From the IMG/VR virus record IMGVR_UViG_3300028591_000105: 23,088 bases of DNA; one strand, written 5' to 3'. This DNA is from an uncultured virus (IMG/VR IMGVR_UViG_3300028591_000105) (taxonomy: Duplodnaviria; Heunggongvirae; Uroviricota; Caudoviricetes). The notes under the pieces are model-generated. The model worked only from the letters and a program-made list of their open reading frames with translations, was not told where the DNA came from and did not search any database. A program made the position numbers and the translations under genes. This document shows positions 16,564 through 23,088 of this stretch, in pieces (position 1 is the stretch's first letter; every line of letters begins with the position of its first letter).

Positions 16564-16650
16564 ATATGAAAAACAGCCCACCACAAGGCAGGCTGTTTTA
16601 ACTATTTGACTTTAGCCCAAGTCAATAGGAGTGCTGAGCACGGAATTGCG

Positions 16651-16724
16651 TGGGAGATGGCAGACTCGAACTGCCAACCTCTCGCTTATCAGACGAGTGC
16701 GCTAACCTGTTGCGCCAATCTCCC
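16651..16724 (-). tRNA. tRNA-Ile(GAT)
   Basis: Cloverleaf; anticodon arm CTCGT-CT-GAT-AA-GCGAG; T loop TTCGAGT. Confidence 0.92.
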
Positions 16725-16730
16725 AAATAA

Positions 16731-16805
16731 TACCGCCGGAGAGACTCAAACTCTCACGCGGACTGGTTCGTAGCCAGTTGTCCTCACTAATTGGACGACA
16801 GCGGT
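16731..16805 (-). tRNA. tRNA-Arg(ACG)
   Basis: ACTGG-CT-ACG-AA-CCAGT; T loop variant TTTGAGT. Confidence 0.85.
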
Positions 16806-16809
16806 ATAG

Positions 16810-16883
16810 TACGGGATAAAGGACTCGAACCTTCAACTTACTGCTTAGAAGACAGTTGCTCTCTCCAATTGAGCTAATCCCGC
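16810..16883 (-). tRNA. tRNA-Arg(TCT)
   Basis: ACTGT-CT-TCT-AA-GCAGT; T loop TTCGAGT. Confidence 0.9.
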
Positions 16884-16945
16884 ATATCCCAACTTTAACC
16901 CAAGTTGGCAGGGTATTGACAATTGTAATCTAGGCTAAAGCCTAA

Positions 16946-17027
16946 TGGGAGCGGTTGGACTCGAACCAACGTAGACCGAAGCCACCGATTTTACAGACCG
17001 TTGCAATTGCCACTATGCGACACTCCC
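16946..17027 (-). tRNA. tRNA-Tyr(GTA)
   Basis: CGGT-CT-GTA-AA-ATCG with long variable arm. Confidence 0.9.
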
Positions 17028-17031
17028 ATAT

Positions 17032-17105
17032 TGGCAGGAGCGCTCAGAATTAAACTGAAGCCTGCGGTTTTGGAGACCGCCATTCTACCACTAAACTACG
17101 CCCCC
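17032..17105 (-). tRNA. tRNA-Trp(CCA)
   Basis: GCGGT-CT-CCA-AA-ACCGC; encoded 3' CCA; T loop variant TTTAATT. Confidence 0.88.
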
Positions 17106-17377
17106 ATGTCATCGAAGGAGCTACCTTCTAACGCTCGATGAGAAAGCGGTGTTTTCTATTAGGAAAAAAAACTACAAAGCCCCGTATTTCACCACCTATA
17201 CTCAAGGTTACTGCTCTCAGTCACAGCACTACTATTGAGACCGTCACGATTCTCAACTACCGTATTTCTATTCTTACAAGCTGAAATAAAGCCGGCATAT
17301 AGCTTAACGCCACAACATGCTTACGGACGACTTTAACTACGCTGTGCCGCCTCCAAGCTGATCGTTTGCAACCGATA

Positions 17378-17487
17378 GAGCTTTTTCAATTCTGCTCAGG
17401 AACACTACAATTAAGTAGATTTATGACTTATATTAGGGTCTAGTCACCAAAGACCTGTGGCAAGCAGTTTAATGTCTTACTCAGGAC
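17378..17487 (-). ncRNA. Three consecutive small H-type pseudoknot RNAs
   Basis: GTC-CTGAGTAA-GAC-ATTAAAC-TGCTT; GGTCT-TTGGTGACT-AGACC-CTAATATA-AGTCA; GTTC-CTGAGCA-GAAT-TGAAAAA-GCTC. Confidence 0.55.
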
Positions 17488-17502
17488 GAAGGTAGATGCA
17501 AG

Positions 17503-17573
17503 AGCTCCCACCCCGATTTGAACGGGGAGCAAGTGATTACAAATCACCTAGTTTACCATTAACCTACAGGAGC
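17503..17573 (-). tRNA. tRNA-Thr(TGT)
   Basis: GGTGA-TT-TGT-AA-TCACT; T arm CCCCG-TTCAAAT-CGGGG. Confidence 0.88.
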
Positions 17574-17788
17574 GTATGTCGTGGGCTGGGCTAAAGCACC
17601 ACTTAAATCCCACGACTGGTGATGATTATAGACACCTATATTGGGGGTGTCTGCCCTCTGGGAATAAAATTTTCGTTGCGCTCCGCAATTACTTACCCAA
17701 TTATTGTCCTCAACTCAATTAAGTCCCGCATGGACTATGTGGGCAGCCTTTTTACAACTTGTCGGTTGGATAGTTGTCAATCAATATC

Positions 17789-18405
17789 AGAACTTTCGTA
17801 CTCAACAACTTCATTAAGAACACACTATGAGTTTTTGTTCGCCCTACGGTCATAATATTCTCTGTTATTCGGTCATAGTGACGATAGGTCTGACCCCAAG
17901 GTAGCTAGCCCTGAAGTTCCTACCGCTGTCAAAGCACTAAAGGGAATTTGTTTACCCCAAACTTTCACCCAAACCATTCAGAATTATATCATCTTAGATT
18001 AAAATTTTCTTAAATTTTACTCTATATATTATAAAACTGTCCTCTTGGGCTACTCGCGCCGCCGTCTGGTTCCGCAGAGATTTCTCCCTACGTTATAGAG
18101 GAATCTTCCTTATTTTGCATTTCCTGCATTGGCTCACATCTTGCGGACGTGGTCTACAGGATTCTTCCCACTGGGCGTCTATTACGGAAGAAACCAGCTT
18201 AGCGCACTTTACAGACCATATTACTCCGTGCCACGACTTCTCTGTTGAGGATGCCCTCTTCCTAATAAACCTTAGATTTATCAGTAGCTGCCGTTTCAAG
18301 GTATCCCTATTACGACAACTAAGCAGTTCCGCCGCACCCATGCAAGGGTGGTTAGCCCCTCTGCACATGGATATAATATATTCTTAATGAAATTGTCAAG
18401 GTTCT
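17789..18405 (-). ncRNA. Large ornate ncRNA, ROOL-like (~620 nt)
   Basis: 27-bp terminal helix (18373-18399 with 17802-17828) in which every non-Watson-Crick pair is G.U on the minus strand; many internal hairpins; starts just after tRNA-Phe; size and tRNA-cluster context fit ROOL; family assignment from recalled motifs only. Confidence 0.7.
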
Positions 18406-18413
18406 TTGTAAAG

Positions 18414-18487
18414 TGGGTAAGACACGACTCGAACGTGCAACACATAGGGCTTCAACCTATTGCTCTTCCAATTAGAGCTACCTACCC
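18414..18487 (-). tRNA. tRNA-Phe(GAA)
   Basis: ATAGG-TT-GAA-GC-CCTAT; T loop TTCGAGT. Confidence 0.9.
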
Positions 18488-18656
18488 ATAATATACTATC
18501 GGCAATCCCAAACGATAGCTTTGATTACTTATATCTTGCAGGATACTTTTATCATTTGTACCACGCTAATACCCCTTCTGCAAAAGGGCGGTATCGGGAA
18601 TGGTTATCCACTTAGGTCTGCCGCATTTCCAAATCATGCGCGCCGCCCTGCACAAT

Positions 18657-18747
18657 TGGGCGACGAGGGACTCGAACCCTACACAGATTACTAAGTTCTT
18701 CGAGGAACTCTCTAACTCACTAAGTTTATCGACATTAGCAAGTCGGC
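18657..18747 (-). other. tRNA-like element: T arm and 3' end without a normal D/anticodon half
   Basis: 3' end AGGG-TTCGAGT-CCCT-CGTCGCCCA; upstream part does not fold into a canonical cloverleaf. Confidence 0.5.
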
Positions 18748-18818
18748 TAGTCTATGAAAGAATCGGACTTTCCTCTCATGGCTGAGAACCATGCGTTCTA
18801 CCACTAAACTAATAGACC
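18748..18818 (-). tRNA. tRNA-Glu(CTC)
   Basis: CATGG-TT-CTC-AG-CCATG; T loop variant TCCGATT. Confidence 0.82.
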
Positions 18819-18905
18819 ATAAGTTGCGAGGACTTAATTTCAGTTACCGTAATCCTCGCTATACGAGTAACAGAGCAAAGTTTCTTAGAAAACTTGCAAA
18901 GCCAA

Positions 18906-18987
18906 CGACTCTGACGGGGCTCGAACCCGCATATGTGTTTCCACTCGGAGAGACAGTCCGATGCCTAACCAATTAGACTACAGAGCC
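18906..18987 (-). tRNA. tRNA-Asp(GTC) with atypical long variable arm
   Basis: TCGGA-CT-GTC-TC-TCCGA, then GTG-GAAA-CAC hairpin; G73 discriminator. Confidence 0.82.
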
Positions 18988-19299
18988 ATACTATAAGCAG
19001 TTTACTGACAATACTTAGGTCATGTCTTATTTATACTCTTAGAACCGAGAGTAGGACAAGCTATTAGTTTTCTTAACTCAAACGTTTCGTACTATGTACC
19101 ATACTGTTGTATTGAAAAGAACTTGATAACTCTTTAAAGATAATCCTATACCTGATGCCCGCAAGGATGGTGCAACTCCGTCACTCCACTGTATATTGCC
19201 TGAAGCCAAAGCTCAGAACCTATTTTTTACAACCTTGGTTCTAGGTTGTGGAAGCTTTTCTGTAGGGAAAATGCCCATTCGATGGTTTACCAACCTTAG

Positions 19300-19372
19300 T
19301 ACACCAGACAAGACTTGAACTTGCACTCTCACAGATTAAGAATCTGTTGTTTTCCCATTAAACTACTGGTGC
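19300..19372 (-). tRNA. tRNA-Lys(CTT)
   Basis: ACAGA-TT-CTT-AA-TCTGT; T loop TTCAAGT. Confidence 0.88.
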
Positions 19373-19525
19373 TTATAAAAATTAATAGACAGGCAGTGAC
19401 TCGTCGTGTGGGTGTACCTCGCTTAATAGCCTACTCTCGTTGTCTGCACTTACGACTAACGTACTTACGATTACGCTTTCAATTTCCTCTATTAATTTTT
19501 TATTTCTTTTTTATTTTCTATATAT

Positions 19526-19554
19526 ATTATACCATAAAATTTAAGAAATTTCAA
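19526..19554 (-). promoter_or_regulatory. sigmaA-type promoter heading the tRNA/ncRNA cluster
   Basis: TTGAAA-N17-TATAAT with TG; no RBS-ATG downstream. Confidence 0.8.
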
Positions 19555-19581
19555 ATAATTTATTGTTTTACCCTTAACAAA

Positions 19582-19804
19582 GGGTGCGGCATTTATTTTA
19601 AACTAACGAGTACCGCATCGTTATGTCCGAGGCACGTTCACAATTTAAGTCTGCCGCTCTCGCTTACTCAGACTAGCAACTACGATGCTAAGCGCTGTTC
19701 TTTATCGAAACCAAGCAGCGAACGGTTCTACTCACACGAAACTAGCGAACTATCTTTTACACCAAAATAGTTAAACGGTTACTGTGTCGCAGCACTGCGC
19801 ACCC
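19582..19804 (-). ncRNA. Candidate ~220-nt multi-stem RNA
   Basis: Closing stem GGGTGCG/CGCACCC; internal stems AACTAT/ATAGTT, CGCTG/CAGCG, GCATCGT/ACGATGC, AGTCTG/CAGACT. Confidence 0.55.
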
Positions 19805-19849
19805 ATAGTCTTTATTTATCCTTGCGTGGATGACCTACCAAGGCTCACC

Positions 19850-20170
19850 TTAAATATCCTTATCAAGTTCTGTAGAATAAGTACACTCATAAACTTCATG
19901 CTTTAAGAAGTTGCCATCTTTGTCGTAAGTATCGCACCAGTTATAAACATAGCACGAAATATCAAGGATATTATGCTCACTATCATATTTATAATAAGGT
20001 GAGTAAGAGATAAGTTCTGTTCCTGTTGAACCATCTTCAAGAGTAGTTTCTCTTGTGAAGTAAGGTGCATTTTCCTTATCAAGAAGAGCAGAACATCTTT
20101 CAAGGTCATTAGACATAAAAGTAAATTTCATTCCGTTATTAGTCGCCGACCAATTGTTTATCTTTTCCAT
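19850..20170 (-). CDS. Hypothetical protein (106 aa)
   Basis: GAAAGGA RBS. Confidence 0.8.
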   Translation of the reverse strand: MEKINNWSATNNGMKFTFMSNDLERCSALLDKENAPYFTRETTLEDGSTGTELISYSPYYKYDSEHNILDISCYVYNWCDTYDKDGNFLKHEVYECTYSTELDKDI

Positions 20171-20184
20171 AAGTCTTTCCTTTC

Positions 20185-20592
20185 TTAATATCTCTCATAA
20201 ATGTTATTAAGTGAAGTATAAATATTCACTCCATCACTAACTACAAAACTCATAGTAATTACGTCAAGTCCACAACTTTCAAAAGCAGTATCTTCGACAT
20301 ATTCGAGGACAGTAAAACCGTAGTGTTCCATAAGAGCTTCAAAGAAATCCTGAAACTCAAACACATAGGTGTCGTCATGTTCGTAGTAAATATACCAAGT
20401 ATCCTCTGCCGGCTTAAAGAAAGTTTTTGCTATCTGACCCCATGAATAGTCCCAAAAGAACTCATTTAAGTCCTCAGAATCAAGTTCCGCATTGGTACCC
20501 ATAGTCTGAAAGAGTTTTTCAAGGTCAGTAAAAAAATTTGGAGAATAACCCATATTATGAAGTTTTATCTTTGAAATTTCATATACATTCAT
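20185..20592 (-). CDS. Acidic, aromatic-rich hypothetical protein (135 aa)
   Basis: GAAAGGA RBS; promoter 20623-20651. Confidence 0.82.
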   Translation of the reverse strand: MNVYEISKIKLHNMGYSPNFFTDLEKLFQTMGTNAELDSEDLNEFFWDYSWGQIAKTFFKPAEDTWYIYYEHDDTYVFEFQDFFEALMEHYGFTVLEYVEDTAFESCGLDVITMSFVVSDGVNIYTSLNNIYERY

Positions 20593-20622
20593 AGAAAACT
20601 TCCTTTCTTATTTTCTATAATT

Positions 20623-20651
20623 ATTATACCATAAAAATAAAAAATTTTCAA
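20623..20651 (-). promoter_or_regulatory. sigmaA-type promoter
   Basis: TTGAAA-N17-TATAAT with TG. Confidence 0.8.
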
Positions 20652-20663
20652 GAAATCAAATGA

Positions 20664-21131
20664 TTATAATTCTGCAATATCGTCTATTGTAGGATTATAG
20701 CACTCAATGCCGAAATAAAGAACAGGAGGACTATCTTTATTTTCTGTATTAGAACTTAGAATATTAAGTAGTGTATTATAAAAGTGTAGAGCAAAGGTAT
20801 AATCTTCAATATCTTGCTTAGCTTCCTCTTTCTCTGATTGTAGTTTTTCATAAGTGTCTAAAAGTTCTTGTAGTTGTACTTGTGTTCGACTAAGAAAGTC
20901 AATACACTTATCTATTTGAGCAATACGTTTCTCTTTGACTTCTATATCATGTTTAATGTGAGCAAAGATAGAAGTAAGGTTAAGATTAGTAAGAGGACGA
21001 AGAGATTCAACAGGAACAGTAATACTTTGTACTGCTACTTGATAAATATAACTACCTCTTGAATACCCATCTATCATTATGAATTTCTCTGAATCGGGAT
21101 GTTTAACATAGAAGTATATATACTGACTCAT
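20664..21131 (-). CDS. Hypothetical protein with central coiled coil (155 aa)
   Basis: GGAGG RBS, ATGA overlap with upstream gene. Confidence 0.82.
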   Translation of the reverse strand: MSQYIYFYVKHPDSEKFIMIDGYSRGSYIYQVAVQSITVPVESLRPLTNLNLTSIFAHIKHDIEVKEKRIAQIDKCIDFLSRTQVQLQELLDTYEKLQSEKEEAKQDIEDYTFALHFYNTLLNILSSNTENKDSPPVLYFGIECYNPTIDDIAEL

Positions 21132-21346
21132 AAGATTTCTATTCCCTCCTTCTTAGCAAGTCCCATTAAAATAAGAACTAATTCACCTTTCTCCCATGAA
21201 TTAATTAAATCATAAGTTTCAACAGAATCCTTTTCTTCATTAGTCAATTCATTTATATAGGAGAATAAAATAGATTTAAGTTTAGGATAATATTCATTAA
21301 AAAATTCTTCTCGCTCTTCATCAGACATAGCATATAAATCTCTCAT
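21128..21346 (-). CDS. Acidic hypothetical protein (72 aa)
   Basis: AGGAGG RBS. Confidence 0.8.
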   Translation of the reverse strand: MRDLYAMSDEEREEFFNEYYPKLKSILFSYINELTNEEKDSVETYDLINSWEKGELVLILMGLAKKEGIEIL

Positions 21347-21379
21347 ATTCTACCTCCTATTTATACATACGTTAGCTAG

Positions 21380-21743
21380 TGGAGAAGAGGGGAATCGAAC
21401 CCCTGTCCACAAAATCTCCAGCATACTTTCTACAAGGTTAGCTACGTCATTTTATCTTTCCTCGCCCTTCGCCGGCGCAGCAAACAAAAGGTTACGTCAA
21501 CTCACTTATACTTGTTGCATTGAGTAAGTACAACAATGAATAGCTTCTATATATAAATCAAAGATTACTGCAAATTGAAACTATCAGAACAAAGCAAATA
21601 ATCTTAGTGCCGACATAGCGCCGGCGCAGCCTTATGCTGCTAAAGTATTAACGTCGTTGTTTAATTTATAAATGCTTCGTAAGGTGATTGCCTACCCCTT
21701 GCTTATATACCTTATAATTCCATGTCGAAACCAATACTTCCCC
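21380..21743 (-). ncRNA. ssrA: tmRNA
   Basis: 5' GGGGAAGTATTGGTTTCGAC; 3' GGACAGGGGTTCGATTCCCCTCTTCTCCA; G3.U70 alanine identity pair; tag frame ...AAC GAC GTT AAT ACT TTA GCA GCA TAA (NDVNTLAA). Confidence 0.93.
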
Positions 21744-21817
21744 ATATTTAGCGCCGCATCAGGGGCGGCGCAAGGTACATTATGTTTCCCTTAATATAAT
21801 TTTAACTGATTATATTT

Positions 21818-22084
21818 TTACAAATAAAGATAGGGATTTAGTATTTGTTTGGTTATGTTTACTATTCCTTCTATTCCAAAATTTTCATCTCCCTTATTTA
21901 AGGATAATGCTAATTTTGAATAAGCATTAGCCAGTTCTTCTGGTGTTTTAATCAATGTTGGAAGCTCATGACAAATATATCTACAGGCGTATTCTTTTGT
22001 ACTAAAAACTTCATAACATTCATTATGCCAATTAACTAACCATACTGAACTATGGTCTCTTGACTTTTTTATCTTAAAAAGCAT
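21818..22084 (-). CDS. Hypothetical protein (88 aa)
   Basis: GAAAGGA RBS. Confidence 0.75.
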   Translation of the reverse strand: MLFKIKKSRDHSSVWLVNWHNECYEVFSTKEYACRYICHELPTLIKTPEELANAYSKLALSLNKGDENFGIEGIVNITKQILNPYLYL

Positions 22085-22107
22085 TATAGTGTTCCTTTCT
22101 TTAAAGG

Positions 22108-22257
22108 TTAATACTTAACCCAATAGGTCTTTACAATCTGTCCGTTTTCATAATCATAGTGAACTATAACCCTTCCACCATTTGTCCGAGCGAAGTGATT
22201 TGCCGCAGTCTCAGATACAAACTCTCGAATGAACTTAGGTGCAGTATTCTTAATCAT
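22108..22257 (-). CDS. Small hypothetical protein (49 aa)
   Basis: GAGGAGG RBS; MIKNTAPKFIREFVSETAANHFARTNGGRVIVHYDYENGQIVKTYWVKY*. Confidence 0.75.
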   Translation of the reverse strand: MIKNTAPKFIREFVSETAANHFARTNGGRVIVHYDYENGQIVKTYWVKY

Positions 22258-22381
22258 AATAAAACCTCCTCAGTTAATTGTTTAAAGATTGGATAGATTA
22301 TATTTCTCCCTTACTAAACATTATTAGCATTATCCAAAGTGAAAACATTTTATACCTCTTTTCTTTCTCTTTTCTATAATA

Positions 22382-22410
22382 ATTATACCATATTTTTAGA
22401 AAAAATTCAA
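22382..22410 (-). promoter_or_regulatory. sigmaA-type promoter overlapping the end of the upstream gene
   Basis: TTGAAT-N17-TATAAT with TG. Confidence 0.75.
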
Positions 22411-23016
22411 ATGATTTATTGTCTTTTTCTTTGCAAATAGAACTATCTTAGAGTCATATCTTTCTCCAAATCCTTCATAAAGACTATCTATTCTTTCTAT
22501 TATATCTGAACCCATCTTATGAAAGTAACCCACTTCAGGATAGTATACTATATAATGATAATCAAAGCCGCCAGTAGCATAGGCAATGCCATATTCATCT
22601 TCCATTAATTCCTCAAAAGAATTTATTAATCGTAAATCAGGAAATGCTGCAAGCATATTATCTACTGCAAGTCGCATTGCTGGCTCAGAATCAAAAGCAT
22701 AATTATACCAAATATCATCATAGTAATGGTTAGTTTCATCTTCATCATGACAATAATTGTTTAAATTGCTATAGAAAGACATATTATAATTATGTGCTTC
22801 TTCTATATATCCTTCATCTACCATGCGGTCAAAAGTAGGTTCACACCAGATTGGACCTCCCCATAAGAAATTTTGAAATGCGAATCCAAAACAATTATAA
22901 TCTCTTATATCGGTATTACATATATTTCGCTCACCAGTGAAGTTAAGAAAATCAATATCATCTACATTTGTTGCAATTTCATGAGGAGCAACAAGTGTTG
23001 CATATATTCCTGCCAT
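22396..23016 (-). CDS. Hypothetical protein, possible papain-like Cys-His hydrolase
   Basis: 206-aa ORF, AAGGAG RBS; YNCFGFA...DYHY...YFHKMG motifs. Confidence 0.7.
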   Translation of the reverse strand: MAGIYATLVAPHEIATNVDDIDFLNFTGERNICNTDIRDYNCFGFAFQNFLWGGPIWCEPTFDRMVDEGYIEEAHNYNMSFYSNLNNYCHDEDETNHYYDDIWYNYAFDSEPAMRLAVDNMLAAFPDLRLINSFEELMEDEYGIAYATGGFDYHYIVYYPEVGYFHKMGSDIIERIDSLYEGFGERYDSKIVLFAKKKTINHLNFF

Positions 23017-23088
23017 AAAGAGGCTCCTTTCTTTTTATATTCTTTTTTACTTTCTATATATATTATATCATATTTTTTAAAAATTTTC

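Noticed and set aside
16810..16883. Amber suppressor tRNA (loop contains CTA)
   Set aside because: The 7-nt loop CTTCTAA centres on TCT, so it is tRNA-Arg
18373..18399. TTGACA promoter for the large ncRNA
   Set aside because: No TATAAT at 17-bp spacing; the sequence is explained as the 5' arm of the 27-bp terminal helix
16600..19300. tRNA-associated HDV-like (theta), pistol or hammerhead ribozymes
   Set aside because: I could not fit their conserved cores at the tRNA 3' trailers by eye; a motif search is still worthwhile
17619..19770. Track ORFs 17619, 18093, 18115, 18600, 18791 and 19315
   Set aside because: They overlap tRNAs and structured RNAs, lack RBSs and have atypical composition
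12967..21062. Plus-strand ORFs 12967, 14714, 15435, 15992, 20874 and alternate-frame minus ORF 19903
   Set aside because: Antisense or out-of-frame shadows of RBS-supported minus-strand genes
22301..22347. Very short ORF MFSLWIMLIMFSKGEI behind promoter 22382
   Set aside because: Has an RBS but is only 16 aa; too little support to call

Overview
AT-rich segment of a large tailed dsDNA phage, probably infecting Bacillota (SpoVT/AbrB-like gene, sigmaA-type promoters, LAA-ending tmRNA tag). (1) 1-8.9 kb: early/host-takeover array of small genes, most with their own TTGAC-N17-TATAAT promoter and intrinsic terminator, often separated by a conserved ~40-bp palindrome. (2) 9.0-11.35 kb: repeat-dense zone where transcription converges, with a helix-turn-helix replication-initiator-like gene flanked by 22-bp iterons. 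(3) Three minus-strand genes at 9.56-12.67 kb, absent or truncated in the ORF track, become intact only if TAG is read as sense (15 in-frame TAGs, probably Gln/code 15). The other genes I called contain no in-frame TAG and end in TAA/TGA. (4) 12.8-16.4 kb and 19.85-23.0 kb: minus-strand small hypothetical genes, including two paralog families. (5) 16.5-19.8 kb plus 21.4-21.7 kb: an RNA island with 10 tRNAs, a ~620-nt ROOL-like RNA, a tmRNA, several unassigned structured RNAs and about eight small H-type pseudoknots in the tRNA spacers. All calls were made by eye, without database searches.
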